From Planctomycetota bacterium (GTDB lineage: Bacteria > Planctomycetota > Phycisphaerae > Phycisphaerales > Phycisphaeraceae), in the NCBI GenBank assembly GCA_039199695.1, contig JBCCST010000010.1, positions 16,635 to 80,634 on the forward strand: a stretch of 64,000 nt of DNA. Direction: 5' to 3'. Position numbers and translations under genes: made by a program. The notes below the pieces were generated by a model, which was not told where the DNA came from, made no database searches, and worked only from the letters and a program-made list of their open reading frames with translations. Positions 29,157-39,451 of this stretch are shown here, piece after piece. Positions within the stretch are counted from its first letter, which is position 1. Each line of letters starts with the position of its first letter.

Positions 29157-30401
29157 ATGAGCCGACGGTGGGCATACGGCTGGGGGGCATGGCTGAGTTG
29201 CCTGCTGTGCGGCGGGGCGTTGGCCCAATTCGTCTCGGGCGATTGGGTCGAGCGCAGCGAGGCCCGCGTGCAGGAGCACCGCACCACGCCGGTCTCGTTT
29301 CTGGTGTTGGATGCCGAGGGGAAGCTTGCACCGAACGCCACCATCCGCCTCGAGCAACTTGAGCACGCCTTTCGGCTCGGTTTCATCGCCCACGGCGATC
29401 TGCCCGCGAAGTACAACGCCGAGGCTGAGGTGTGGCGGACGTTCAACGCGGTATCGCTCGAAAAGTTCACAACGTGGCGGCAGATGCAGCCGGACGGCCC
29501 CGAGTCGTTTTCACGCGATGCGGTCGACCGGGCGATCGCTGCCGCGCAATCGGTGGACTTGGAGGTGCGTTGGGGATCGCTGGCCTCGGCCGACACGTTT
29601 GACCTGCCGGACTGGGTGGTGCCGTTGCGTGGCGAAGCGTTGTTTGAAGCTTGGCGCGGCTATTCCGATCGGATCGCCGATGCCTACGGCCCGGAGTTGA
29701 TCGACATAGACCTGGCCGAGGAAACCCTCGATCACGATCGGCTGAGCCCCGCGATGATCCGCCTGATTGCCCAGGATTGGCGAGCCGTGCGGCAAGACCT
29801 GCCGTCGCGATTGCGTTACGAACAAGTTTTGGCGGGCTCGCGGACGTTCGCGGCAATCGAAGCGATGGACGGCGTGCTCAAGCAGCGACTAGGAATTGAA
29901 GGCTTCACGATCGACCAGGCGTTTCCGCCCCGCGCTGTGGCCCAGGACCTCCTCGAACCCGCGGTTCAACGGCTGTCACGTTTTGGTCGGCCGATCGCGG
30001 TCGGCTCGCTGGAGATCGGCGGGGCCCACGCCATCGAAACCGCGGTCAACACCGAAACCGTACTCCGCACGCTCTTTGCTAACCCGATGATCACCGGCAT
30101 CTACTTCTCGGGGCTGTCGCCCGACGAGGTCTCCGATCCCTCGGCCGCAGTGTTCGATGAACAAGGCGAACCCACCGCCGTCGGCCGAACGATCGATCGC
30201 CTGTTTCGAGAAACGTGGTGGACCGACACGACCCTGACCAGCGACAAGCTCGGAAAAGCTCAAGCCGAGGTCTATCGCGGCCGCTACCGCGTGACCGCGA
30301 CGCTCCCCGACGGCAGCTCGGTAACCACGACGCTGTCGTTGCTGGAACAAGAAGTTGAGCCGAGTGAAATCATCTTGATGCCGGTCGCCGAGAGCGAATG
30401 A
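29157..30401 (+). CDS. Secreted GH10 (endo-xylanase)-fold protein, probably catalytically degenerate
   Basis: Signal peptide and GH10-like layout (HAFRLG, FNAVSLEK..W, LPDW, ITGIYF, WWTD..D..G..GRYRV). Catalytic motifs are altered. Confidence 0.6.
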   Translation: MSRRWAYGWGAWLSCLLCGGALAQFVSGDWVERSEARVQEHRTTPVSFLVLDAEGKLAPNATIRLEQLEHAFRLGFIAHGDLPAKYNAEAEVWRTFNAVSLEKFTTWRQMQPDGPESFSRDAVDRAIAAAQSVDLEVRWGSLASADTFDLPDWVVPLRGEALFEAWRGYSDRIADAYGPELIDIDLAEETLDHDRLSPAMIRLIAQDWRAVRQDLPSRLRYEQVLAGSRTFAAIEAMDGVLKQRLGIEGFTIDQAFPPRAVAQDLLEPAVQRLSRFGRPIAVGSLEIGGAHAIETAVNTETVLRTLFANPMITGIYFSGLSPDEVSDPSAAVFDEQGEPTAVGRTIDRLFRETWWTDTTLTSDKLGKAQAEVYRGRYRVTATLPDGSSVTTTLSLLEQEVEPSEIILMPVAESE

Positions 30402-30418
30402 CGAATCCTGCTCAGCGG

Positions 30419-31519
30419 TTACAACGCGGCTAATCGCTGGGCGCGGTCCTCGGCGATCAATGCTTCGATGAGATCATCCAACGCGCCGGACATGTGGGTT
30501 TGCAGGTTGAAGTTCCGACTCAGCCGATGGTCGACGACCATGTTGTCTTTCCAGCGGTAGGTCCGGACGCGCTCACTCCGGCCGCCGGTGCCGATCATCT
30601 GGCTGCGTTGGTCGGCGTACTCGGCGTCCTTCTGGGCCTGCATCCGTTCGTACACCCGGGCCCGCATCAGTTGCATCGCCTTTTGGCGGTTCTGAGCCTG
30701 GCTCTTGGATTCCTGCATCCGCACTTCGATGCCGGTGGGCTTGTGGATCATGTGCACGGCGGTGGCGACTTTGTTGACGTTCTGCCCGCCGGGGCCCTGC
30801 GCGGTCGTGACGTGGATCTCCAGATCGCTGTCGGGCAACTCGACCTCGACTTCTTCGGGCTCGGGCAACACGGCCACCGTCGCGGTGCTGGTGTGCACCC
30901 GGCCCTGGGTTTCGGTGGCCGGGACGCGCTTGACGCAATGGACCCCGCCCTCGTAGCCCAGGCCCTGCCAGACGCCTTCGCCGCGGACCGTGGCGGTGGC
31001 GGCGCGGAGACCGCCCTGCTCGCCTCCCGAAGCATCCAGGATTTCGAATTTCCAGCCGCGCGACTTGGCGAAGTGCTGATACACCTCAAAAAGCTCCCCG
31101 GCGAACAGCGCCGCCTCAGCCCCGCCCGTGCCGGCGCGGACTTCCAGGATCACCGAGCCGATCGCCGCGTCGTCGGCGGTCACCAGTTCGTTGCTGATCT
31201 CGTCCATCAGGGCCGCCGAGCGTTGACGCAGTACGGGCAACTCCGCCTCGGCCATCTCGACGAGTTCGGGGTCGCGTTCGTCGCCGGTCGTGTCGATGAT
31301 CTGTTGCGCCTCGGCCGCCTCGGCTTCGAGTTGTTGAAGTTCACGATATTTGCCAACGATCCCCGACAAAGCTGAACGCTTGGTCCCCAAGACCCGGACT
31401 TGCTGGTGGTCCGCGACCACGGCCGGGTCGGCGAGTTGTTGTTCCAACTCATCGAACTGCCGGGTCACTTCGTCCAGCTTCTGCCGGATCGGGTCGTGGG
31501 GGGAAGGGGTCGAGGCCAT
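30419..31519 (-). CDS. prfA: Peptide chain release factor 1
   Basis: RVPATETQGRVHTS (PxT anticodon mimic) and GPGGQNVNK. Confidence 0.93.
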   Translation of the reverse strand: MASTPSPHDPIRQKLDEVTRQFDELEQQLADPAVVADHQQVRVLGTKRSALSGIVGKYRELQQLEAEAAEAQQIIDTTGDERDPELVEMAEAELPVLRQRSAALMDEISNELVTADDAAIGSVILEVRAGTGGAEAALFAGELFEVYQHFAKSRGWKFEILDASGGEQGGLRAATATVRGEGVWQGLGYEGGVHCVKRVPATETQGRVHTSTATVAVLPEPEEVEVELPDSDLEIHVTTAQGPGGQNVNKVATAVHMIHKPTGIEVRMQESKSQAQNRQKAMQLMRARVYERMQAQKDAEYADQRSQMIGTGGRSERVRTYRWKDNMVVDHRLSRNFNLQTHMSGALDDLIEALIAEDRAQRLAAL

Positions 31520-31539
31520 CGGGGCAAGATACCACGAAC

Positions 31540-31574
31540 AAAAACAGCAGGCCGTGCGTTAGCGTACGGCCTGC
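31540..31574 (-). terminator. Rho-independent terminator after the PEP-CTERM gene
   Basis: GCAGGCCGT..ACGGCCTGC stem followed by a T-run on the minus strand. Confidence 0.65.
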
Positions 31575-31609
31575 ATCGAATATCAGGGATACCGATTCGG
31601 AGTCTGGTT

Positions 31610-32284
31610 CTACGCGGAACGACGCCGGGTCAAACAAACCAAAGCCAGCCCGCCGATCAAGGTTGGCGCCATGGGCTCGGGCACGATGGTGATGTCGATG
31701 TCGTCGAAGGTGAAGGGGTCGTCTTCAAGATTGACAAGCACCAGCGAAAAGCCGTTCTCGGCGTTGAAGGACGCGATGAACCCGTCGGGGATGACGCTGT
31801 CGCTGATCGAGTTGCTGTTCGATCCGACCGAGACGGTCGCGGTGGTATCGTCGGCGTCTCCGGTGATGGTGAAATCGACGACAAAGCTATCGGGGGCGGC
31901 TTGATTCGACACCGCGTTACCGTTTTCTTCGGGGGCGGTGAACGCGTCACCCGCGTTGGCGCTGGTCAATACCTGGGCGGTGCCCCCGGCACCGATCTCA
32001 TCGACCTCGCCGCCGTAGCTGACGGTCCCGTCGGTGATCAGAAAGAGCGCTCCAAAATTCACCTCGCCGGTGAAGTCGAAGGTCAGGGTGCCGCTGATGG
32101 TGTAGTCGTCGGTCGCGGTCAACCCGCCAGCCGAGAGCAACGAGAAACTCTGTTGCGAGTTACCCGCGATGGTGCGGTTGCTGTCGGTGTAATCCACCAA
32201 AGTCGCGTGTGCCGTCGTGCCCCCCAAAACCGACAAGCCCAGAGCGATTTGAAACAAAGACAAAGTTAAATACCGCAAGTGCAT
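31610..32284 (-). CDS. Small secreted PEP-CTERM protein
   Basis: GAGGAG RBS, signal peptide, beta-rich acidic body and C-terminal IVPEPMAPTLIGGLALVCLTRRRSA. Confidence 0.85.
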   Translation of the reverse strand: MHLRYLTLSLFQIALGLSVLGGTTAHATLVDYTDSNRTIAGNSQQSFSLLSAGGLTATDDYTISGTLTFDFTGEVNFGALFLITDGTVSYGGEVDEIGAGGTAQVLTSANAGDAFTAPEENGNAVSNQAAPDSFVVDFTITGDADDTTATVSVGSNSNSISDSVIPDGFIASFNAENGFSLVLVNLEDDPFTFDDIDITIVPEPMAPTLIGGLALVCLTRRRSA

Positions 32285-32455
32285 CTCCTCAACCAAGATC
32301 GTGACGATCCAAAGTAATCGATCGACAACAAATTAAAGCGGAGATTCAGCCTGTCCGCAAGGGGGAAAACCTTACCTCCGCAAACAAAACAGCGTTCATC
32401 AAGATGCTTCTTGACGAACGCTTGGGGTTTTGCACACGAACGATCTAGCGGCTGC

Positions 32456-32716
32456 TTACTTCTTGCCGAAGTAGTTGCCCGCAAACTTCTTCTGGAACTT
32501 CTCGACCCGGCCCGCGGTGTCGACGAACTTCTGCTTGCCGGTGAAGAACGGGTGGCTCATGCTGGAGATGTCCACTTTCACGAGCGGATACTCGTTGCCG
32601 TCTTCCCACTTGATCGTTTCCTTGGAGGTCGCGGTCGAGCGGGTGATGAACATTTCGTCGGCCGAAACGTCGCGGAACACCACGGTGTGGTACTTGGGAT
32701 GGATATCGTCTTTCAT
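32456..32716 (-). CDS. rpmE2: 50S ribosomal protein L31 type B (Zn-independent)
   Basis: [46 protein letters not shown], with no Cys motifs. Confidence 0.95.
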   Translation of the reverse strand: MKDDIHPKYHTVVFRDVSADEMFITRSTATSKETIKWEDGNEYPLVKVDISSMSHPFFTGKQKFVDTAGRVEKFQKKFAGNYFGKK

Positions 32717-32851
32717 AGCAACTCGAGGGGTTGGTGTTTGAAAATAATCGGCTCAAAACCGCCCGGGGCCCACGGCCCGCCGCCCGATTTCGAGTCGGGT
32801 AATATACCCCGCTTTCCCACCTCACGCAACGCCCCACAAGAGACCCCGACC

Positions 32852-33805
32852 ATTTCTGACGCTTCACCCCCGAGCCCAGCCCCCCAGACCCCGACACCGC
32901 CCGATATCTACCTCAACGGGCGGATGGTGCCCGCCGCCGAGGCCCGCGTCTCGGTCGCCGACGCGGGTTTCCAGCACGCGGTGGGCCTGTTTGAGACCTT
33001 TCAGGTGCACCAGGGCCGGCCATTCCGGCTGCAGCAGCACCTCGACCGCCTCGCCGGCTCAGCCCGCGAACTGGGGCTGGCCGACGAATTCCAGACCGCC
33101 CCGCTGGCCGAGGCCGTGCAAAAAACCATCGAGCACAACGGCCTGGTCCGGGCCCGGATGCGGCTGACGTTGACCGCCGGGACGCTGTCGATGCTCAACA
33201 CCAGCCCCGACGGCCAGCCCGAGATCGAGGTGCAGCGTACCGTCGCCATCGTGCCCTCCGAGCCCACCGCCTACGCCCCGGAATACTTCACCCAGGGCAT
33301 CACCGCGCTCATCCACGGCCCCGCCGCCAGCCCGTTCGACGACAACGCCGGGCACAAAACGCTCAACTACTGGTCGAGGCTCCGCTCGCTCCGCCGGGCC
33401 GCCGCCGCGGGAGCGGGCGAAGCCCTCTGGCTCAACATCACGAACCATCTGGCCTCCGGCGCGGTGAGTAACCTGCTGCTGGTTAAAGACGGCAAGTTGT
33501 TCACGCCGTTTGCTCGCGGCGAAGAAGTCCCCGAAGCCCTGCGGGCACCGGTACTGCCCGGCGTGACGCGGGCCGCGGTGATCGAGTTGGCGCACCAACG
33601 CAACATCGAAGTCGTGCGAAAGATGCTGACCGTCGAAGACCTGCTCGAAGCGGACGAGGTCATGCTGACGAATTCGGGATGGGGCGTGTTGCCGGTCACG
33701 AAGGTGGAACAACGCGAGATCGCCGACGGCAAAGCCGGGCCGATGAGTACGGCTCTGCGTGAAGGGCTGAACCAATTGTTCGTGGATGAAACGGCGGGCG
33801 CTTGA
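32852..33805 (+). CDS. Class IV aminotransferase (D-amino acid/branched-chain/ADC lyase-like); start codon uncertain
   Basis: IYLNG, GLFETF, HLDRL, HKTLNY (PLP Lys), SGAVSNL, LPGVTR and ADEVMLTNS. Confidence 0.85.
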   Translation: MSDASPPSPAPQTPTPPDIYLNGRMVPAAEARVSVADAGFQHAVGLFETFQVHQGRPFRLQQHLDRLAGSARELGLADEFQTAPLAEAVQKTIEHNGLVRARMRLTLTAGTLSMLNTSPDGQPEIEVQRTVAIVPSEPTAYAPEYFTQGITALIHGPAASPFDDNAGHKTLNYWSRLRSLRRAAAAGAGEALWLNITNHLASGAVSNLLLVKDGKLFTPFARGEEVPEALRAPVLPGVTRAAVIELAHQRNIEVVRKMLTVEDLLEADEVMLTNSGWGVLPVTKVEQREIADGKAGPMSTALREGLNQLFVDETAGA

Positions 33806-33843
33806 CCGGTTTTTACCGTCGGCAGAACTTAGCGGCCTTCACC

Positions 33844-34431
33844 CTACCGGCGTTGCTCGCTGAACATCTCACGCATAAGTTGGTTCATCTGCGAATCGCC
33901 GTTGGCCACCCGATCGCTGATGTGTTCGCGAATCTTCTCGTCCCGCTCGGCCTGTTCTTCGGGGGTACGTTCGGGCTGTTGCCCCGGGCCACCGTCGGGG
34001 CCCTGCCCCGGCCTTCCCCGACGAAACGTGCCGATCATCGCGTCGCGTTCTTCGGGGGTCATCTCGGCCATCTGCACCAGCATCTGCCGCATCATCACGG
34101 TGCGGGCGTCGCGCATCGCTTCGCTGAGCTCTTCGTCTTCCGCGCGCAGCCGGCGACGCTCTTCGGGGTCCAGCGAGCCGTACTGCTCGCGGATCACGTC
34201 GTAGTACGGCTGCTTGGCTTCTTTCGATAACCGTTCAAACCGCGGCGATTCGATTACCGCTCGGGCCTCATCGATCGTCTCGGGCATCGCCGGCGGGGTA
34301 AAATACCACGAAGCTCCGCCCGCGATCGCCACGAGCAGGACGCCCCCGGCGATCACGCCGCTCCGCTTGAGCAGACGCTGTCGCCGCTCGGCCTTCACAT
34401 CGACGTCTTGGACTTGGATCTTTCCGGGCAT
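33844..34431 (-). CDS. Single-TM helical protein, partner of the adjacent prepilin-like protein (copy B)
   Basis: Basic N-terminus, TM and WYFTPPAMPETIDEARAV motif. Paralog of 35184-35885. Confidence 0.75.
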   Translation of the reverse strand: MPGKIQVQDVDVKAERRQRLLKRSGVIAGGVLLVAIAGGASWYFTPPAMPETIDEARAVIESPRFERLSKEAKQPYYDVIREQYGSLDPEERRRLRAEDEELSEAMRDARTVMMRQMLVQMAEMTPEERDAMIGTFRRGRPGQGPDGGPGQQPERTPEEQAERDEKIREHISDRVANGDSQMNQLMREMFSEQRR

Positions 34432-34462
34432 GGAATACTCCGCGGGTTGAGGCGTTGCTAGA

Positions 34463-35089
34463 TTAGTTGACCACGATATCGACGTGGCCGTCGCCGAACA
34501 GGATATTGCGTTTGAAATGGCGTTTGGGGACCAACTGGGTTCCGCCGCCGACGAGATTGAACTCGGTACCCCCCTCTTCGCCGTCGAAGTCGCTGGCGAC
34601 CTCGATCTGGGCGTCGGTCCAGCCCAGGCGTTCGATAAACCGGCGGTCGAGGATGTCGGCCATCGTCGTGCCCGCCACCGAAGGGCTGTAGACATAACTG
34701 ATACCCGTCAGCGGAAACACCGTGTCGTCGTCCGGACAAAGGTAGATCGGGTTCGTGTCATCGGCCCCCACGTCCACATAGTTGCGTAGCACTTCATATA
34801 ACGGCGGGTCACCGCTGATCGCGACAAACGGCTCGGGTATCGGCCGGGCCAACGGATAGACCTCGTCGTGATCGATTAAATAGCTGCTGAGCACCAAACC
34901 GATCTGACGCAGGTTGCTGGAGCAGGTGACGCGTTGGGCCGACTCGCGGGCCCCCGAGAGTGCGGGCAAGAGAATGCCGACCAAGATTGCGATGATGCCG
35001 ATGACCAACAGCAGTTCGATCAACGAGAAACCGTGGCGAGCCAAGCGACGGCGTGTCGGCCGAGAGCCGGATGGATTGAGCAACATCAT
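34463..35089 (-). CDS. Prepilin-type H-X9-DG-like protein (copy B)
   Basis: G^[45 protein letters not shown] and [14 protein letters not shown]. Confidence 0.88.
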   Translation of the reverse strand: MMLLNPSGSRPTRRRLARHGFSLIELLLVIGIIAILVGILLPALSGARESAQRVTCSSNLRQIGLVLSSYLIDHDEVYPLARPIPEPFVAISGDPPLYEVLRNYVDVGADDTNPIYLCPDDDTVFPLTGISYVYSPSVAGTTMADILDRRFIERLGWTDAQIEVASDFDGEEGGTEFNLVGGGTQLVPKRHFKRNILFGDGHVDIVVN

Positions 35090-35183
35090 GCGAGGTTTCC
35101 GTGGCCGTTGGTCGTAAGCGATAAGGTGACTACACCGCGTTTACGCAGAACGATAGGCCAACGTTACAGATCGGGCCCGGAAA

Positions 35184-35885
35184 TTAGTTGCCGCTCTGCT
35201 GCTGCTCGCGTTGCTGACGTCGTTCGTTGCGCATCTCGCTGCGGAGTTGGCTGTTCTGGGCGTTGCCGTTGGTCGCCCGTTCGTTGACGCGTTCGTTGCT
35301 CGGGCCGCGTCGTCCACCTTCGCCCCCGCCGCGGTTACCCTCACCCGAACCGTTATCCGCCCCGCCGCGGTTGCCCCCGCGTTCGCCGGCTTCGGGGCGT
35401 CCTTCACCGTTCTCCGGCGGACCGCTCCGATCACGCTCGCCGCCGCCGCGCTCCGCCCGACGGGCGGCACGCTCGGCTTCCATCTCGGCCATCATCGCGG
35501 CCCGTTCTTCGGGCGTCGCCAAGACGTAGGCCTTGGTAAACGCGTCCCGCTCGGCATCCCGCGACGCCCGCAACGCCTCGCGCATCTGTTCGTTCTCTTG
35601 CATCATGGCCCGCCGTTGATCGCGATCAAGCGAGCCAAACTGCTCGCGGATCACGTCGAGGTACGGCTGCTTCTGGGCCTTGCTCAACCGCTCATACCGG
35701 GGCGATTCAACCACCGCCCGGGCTTCATCGATCGTTTCGGGCATCGCTGGCGGGGTGAAATACCACGCCATCCCCGAGCCGCCCCCGAGGACCACGGCCG
35801 CGCCGAGCGTGATGGCGGCGGTCTTGAGGCGGCGTCGGCGACGCTCGGCTTTCACGTCGACTTCCTGGACGGTCATTCGTGCCAT
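35184..35885 (-). CDS. Single-TM helical protein with an R/G/E-rich tail (copy A)
   Basis: VQEVDVKAERRRRRL, TM and WYFTPPAMPETIDEARAV. Paralog of 33844-34431. Confidence 0.75.
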   Translation of the reverse strand: MARMTVQEVDVKAERRRRRLKTAAITLGAAVVLGGGSGMAWYFTPPAMPETIDEARAVVESPRYERLSKAQKQPYLDVIREQFGSLDRDQRRAMMQENEQMREALRASRDAERDAFTKAYVLATPEERAAMMAEMEAERAARRAERGGGERDRSGPPENGEGRPEAGERGGNRGGADNGSGEGNRGGGEGGRRGPSNERVNERATNGNAQNSQLRSEMRNERRQQREQQQSGN

Positions 35886-35947
35886 GAGTTTTCTCACTTT
35901 TGCTCTGCAAGATAAGGTTTACAAGGGGAGGTGGGGATCGTTTGGTT

Positions 35948-36571
35948 TTAGATGCCGGGCAGGTTGATATCGACGTGGCCGTCGGCGAAGAGCAGGTTCC
36001 GCTTGAAGTGGCGCTTGGGCACAAACAAGTCGCTGCCGTCTTCGAGGAAGAATACTGAGCCGCCTTCGTCGCTTTCTTCGCCGTCGAAGTCGCTGGCGAT
36101 GCGGATGTAAGAGGCGTCCCAACCCATCCGCTCCACGAAGCCGCGCGACAATATCTCCGGCAGCGTCGTGCCGCCCGCCACGCTGGGTTCGTACTTGTAG
36201 CTCATCCCCGCCAACGGGTACACGGTATCGTCGTCGGGGCACTGGAAGACGCGGTTGGTTTCGGGGGCCTGGCCCACCTCGACGTAGTAGCTCAAGACTT
36301 TGTAGAGCGGGGCTTCGGTGCTGAGCGTTGGAAAAGGCGAGGGGATCGGCCGGGCGACGGGGAAGACGCCGTCGTAGTCCTGGGTGTAAGACTCCATGAT
36401 GACGCCGATCTGGCGGAGGTTACTGGAGCAGGTCACCCGCTGGGCCGAACGGCGGGCCCCGGCCAACGCCGGAAGCAATATGCCGACGAGCAACGCGATG
36501 ATGGCAATCACCACCAGCAATTCGATGATCGTGAAACCGCTGGGTTCGGGACGGGAGGCTGACCGGGGCAT
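35948..36571 (-). CDS. Prepilin-type H-X9-DG-like protein (copy A)
   Basis: G^[45 protein letters not shown] and [14 protein letters not shown]. Confidence 0.88.
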   Translation of the reverse strand: MPRSASRPEPSGFTIIELLVVIAIIALLVGILLPALAGARRSAQRVTCSSNLRQIGVIMESYTQDYDGVFPVARPIPSPFPTLSTEAPLYKVLSYYVEVGQAPETNRVFQCPDDDTVYPLAGMSYKYEPSVAGGTTLPEILSRGFVERMGWDASYIRIASDFDGEESDEGGSVFFLEDGSDLFVPKRHFKRNLLFADGHVDINLPGI

Positions 36572-36649
36572 GTCGTGTTCCGGGATGGGATGAGGGATAT
36601 CCAGCCGCTTGCCGCGGCTACATTCCAGCACAACGCCCCAACGGCCGAC

Positions 36650-37753
36650 CTATTGCGTGTCCGCCGGCTCAAATTTCATCACCAGGTCAAAAAGCTCGGC
36701 CCCCAACGCTTCGCCGACGCCCAAATCCTTGATCATCGCCAGTTTGAGCGTATCGCAGGACAACTGGGCGTTGAAGTTGCTCTCGACCGCCCGGCCCATG
36801 CCCTCGAGTACTACCAGGTCGACGTCCGCCGCGTCCACCGCTGCGGCGAGCTCCGGGCTGATCCGCGACAGGTCGATCAGCGGCGCGTTGTTGCCGCTGG
36901 CGACGAGCGTCAACTGTTGCGTCGCAAGCGCGTCACGAACCAAAGGATCGAACTCGGCGATAGCCCGAACCAGTTCGCCCAACTCGGCGTGGGTCACGTC
37001 GTTCAACGAGGCCTGGGTATTCGCGGTCAGGATCACCGCGGTGCCGCGTTTGAGCAGCTCGCGGGCCAGGGGCAGCATGCCCAGCGTGACGTCCGGCCCG
37101 GCGTTATCGACAAACATGACCGCGGCGCGGTGCGGCGGGCCGTCGAGACGCTGGAACCAGGCATCCAACGCGTCGAACCGCCACGGCCGGGGCTTGAGCT
37201 TGGCCCGGACCGCGTGGAAATCGACGCGTTGGTCGGTGAACATCGCCACCGTCTCGGTCGCCCCGAGGTCGTAAATGTTGCCCGCGAAGACGCCCTGGAT
37301 GACCGCCACGCGACGCCCGGATTCGGGCATCGCGTCGAGTTCCGTCAGCAACGCGGGCAGCAATCCCAAGGCGTGCTCGGTGTCGGTCTGTTTCGCCAAC
37401 CGGTAGGCGTCGTCGATGTTGGCCGACCTTAAAGCCCGCTCCCGGGCGTAACAGATCTCAAGGATATCCAGTCGGCCGAAGGCGGCGGGATCGGCTTCGA
37501 CGATGTCGAGATACGCGAGGAACCGGTCGCTCGCCTCGGCGATCGAACGCTCGACGGTCTCCACATCCTCGCCGCGGTCTTCGGCCTCGGCCCGATAGGC
37601 TTCCAGCAGCCCGCCGAAGTGGCTGCGAAACAAGCCCAGCCAATACGCCCGGCGTTCGGGGAGGTCGAGCAGGTCCCACTCGCAGGCTTGGTAATTTGCC
37701 GGGTCGGCCAGCATCGGGAAAACAGCCGTGTTGTCGGTGGATTGGACACTCAT
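36650..37753 (-). CDS. DUF89/ARMT1-like damage-control metal-dependent phosphatase (PANK4-like)
   Basis: AGNIYDLGA, MFVDNAGPD and VLEGMGRAVESN. Confidence 0.8.
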   Translation of the reverse strand: MSVQSTDNTAVFPMLADPANYQACEWDLLDLPERRAYWLGLFRSHFGGLLEAYRAEAEDRGEDVETVERSIAEASDRFLAYLDIVEADPAAFGRLDILEICYARERALRSANIDDAYRLAKQTDTEHALGLLPALLTELDAMPESGRRVAVIQGVFAGNIYDLGATETVAMFTDQRVDFHAVRAKLKPRPWRFDALDAWFQRLDGPPHRAAVMFVDNAGPDVTLGMLPLARELLKRGTAVILTANTQASLNDVTHAELGELVRAIAEFDPLVRDALATQQLTLVASGNNAPLIDLSRISPELAAAVDAADVDLVVLEGMGRAVESNFNAQLSCDTLKLAMIKDLGVGEALGAELFDLVMKFEPADTQ

Positions 37754-37824
37754 CGCCCAAGGGTAACAGACCGGGATGGACGCGAGGCCGAGCGGTCTTC
37801 TCGAACCGCAGGTTCACCGCGAAT

Positions 37825-38457
37825 TCACAACGCGGCGAAGTTTTGTAAGATCCGCAGGCCCACCCGTTGCGACTTCTCGGGGTGGAATTGCGTGGCCCAG
37901 ACGTTGTCCTGATGCAAGGCGGCACAAAACGGCGAGCCGTATTCGGCCGTCGCCGCAACGACAGCGTCGTCTTGCGGCACGCAGTAGTAGCCGTGCACAA
38001 AATAGACGTAGGCCTCGTCCTCCAACCCGGCGAAAAGCGGGCTGTCGTCGCGCGGCTCGAGCCGATTCCACCCCATGTGCGGGACCTTGAGACGCGGCCG
38101 ACCCGGCCCCTGATCTTCCTCGAAACGCACCACCGTGCCCGGCACCACGCCCAACCCCGCGACCGGGTCGACCTCGGCGTCTTCGGTAGAGCTGTCCAGC
38201 AAGAGTTGCATGCCCATGCAGATGCCCAGCAGCGGCCGACCGCTGGCGATGAAGTCCTTGACCGGCTCCACAAAACCGCGATCGCTCAGCTGTTCCATCC
38301 CGTCCGCGAAGTTGCCGACGCCCGGCAGGATCAGCTTCTCGCAGCCGACTACTTCGTGAGGATCATCGACCACCACCGCCCGCGTGCCGCCTAATTGCTC
38401 GAACGCTTTTTGCACCGAGCGGAGGTTTCCCATGCCGTAGTCGAGGATGCCGATCAT
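37825..38457 (-). CDS. hisH: Imidazole glycerol phosphate synthase, glutamine amidotransferase subunit
   Basis: DYGMGNLRSV, LPGVG, LGICMGMQ, YFVHGY and QFHPEKS. Confidence 0.96.
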   Translation of the reverse strand: MIGILDYGMGNLRSVQKAFEQLGGTRAVVVDDPHEVVGCEKLILPGVGNFADGMEQLSDRGFVEPVKDFIASGRPLLGICMGMQLLLDSSTEDAEVDPVAGLGVVPGTVVRFEEDQGPGRPRLKVPHMGWNRLEPRDDSPLFAGLEDEAYVYFVHGYYCVPQDDAVVAATAEYGSPFCAALHQDNVWATQFHPEKSQRVGLRILQNFAAL

Positions 38458-38557
38458 GATGCGTTTCGCGAGTCGGGGGATGCGGCGAACAAAAAAGAAG
38501 TCGAAGGCCCGTGGATGACCTTCGACTCCGCATTATTTCGAAAACGGTTCAAGCGGA

Positions 38558-39196
38558 TTACTCACCCGCGAGGATAACCACGATCTCAACGCGTCGGCTG
38601 AGCTCTTTGGTTTCTTTGGCTTTCTGAGCGCCAAAGCCCGCGGCGTACATCAGCTCGGCGGGCAGGCCTTGGTCTTCGAGGTAACGATAGACCGCGGCGG
38701 AACGTTCGAGGCTGAGTTGGAGGTTGTCGTCCCAGCCCGACTTCTTGATCGGGTCGGTGTCGGTGTAGCCCTCGACACGGATGCGTCGGCCGGGGTATTC
38801 CGATTCGATGATGCTGGCGATGCTGGCCAACGTACTCTGCGACGCAGTGTTCAGCGCGACTTTGCCCGGGGCAAACAGCAGGTCGCCGGGGACGCTGACG
38901 GTCACAGCCTGGTCGGTCGCCGTGGCGGTCACGCCGCCGCCGACGTCGTCGAACGCGGTTTCGTCGCTCACCATGACCGCACCCGAAAGGTCGCTGCGGA
39001 GCGTCGCGTTTTCCATGTTGAGTGCGTCGTTGGCGCGACGCAGATCGTCGATCAGGTCCTGGGCTTCCTGGTTCTGGCTGAACAGAGCGTTGCGCTCATC
39101 GCGGAGACGTTTCATCTCCGGCCCGCAGCCGGTGGCCACGATGGCGAAGACCAAGAGTCCGACCCCGAAAAATTTGTTGGTGTGCTGACCGAGCAT
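38558..39196 (-). CDS. OmpA/MotB-family peptidoglycan-binding lipoprotein
   Basis: Lipobox VATGC, a coiled coil and an OmpA-C domain (LLFAPG..IRVEGYTD..NLQLSLERSAAV..GFG..RRVEI). Confidence 0.85.
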   Translation of the reverse strand: MLGQHTNKFFGVGLLVFAIVATGCGPEMKRLRDERNALFSQNQEAQDLIDDLRRANDALNMENATLRSDLSGAVMVSDETAFDDVGGGVTATATDQAVTVSVPGDLLFAPGKVALNTASQSTLASIASIIESEYPGRRIRVEGYTDTDPIKKSGWDDNLQLSLERSAAVYRYLEDQGLPAELMYAAGFGAQKAKETKELSRRVEIVVILAGE

Positions 39197-39451
39197 TGCC
39201 GTTCCTTTCGCCGTGGCGTGTTGAGGGAGTCCGTTCCGAATCCGCCCTTCCGGAGCGACAAGATAGCAAAATCCCCGCTCCCCGGCGACGCCCGCCGTCC
39301 CGAAAGCCCTGGGGTTCAAGCGATATAAATCGTGATGCCCGGTCCCGTTATCCCCAAAATCCGCGGCAGGAGACGCTAGGATACAGATTCTATAATTTAT
39401 CTATCCGCCATGATCATCCGACCACGGCTCGGCGCTGCTCAGTGAAACCCC

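Noticed and set aside
32411-32851. N-terminal extension of the aminotransferase ORF as given in the ORF track
   Set aside because: It overlaps rpmE2 on the opposite strand and shows no family similarity.
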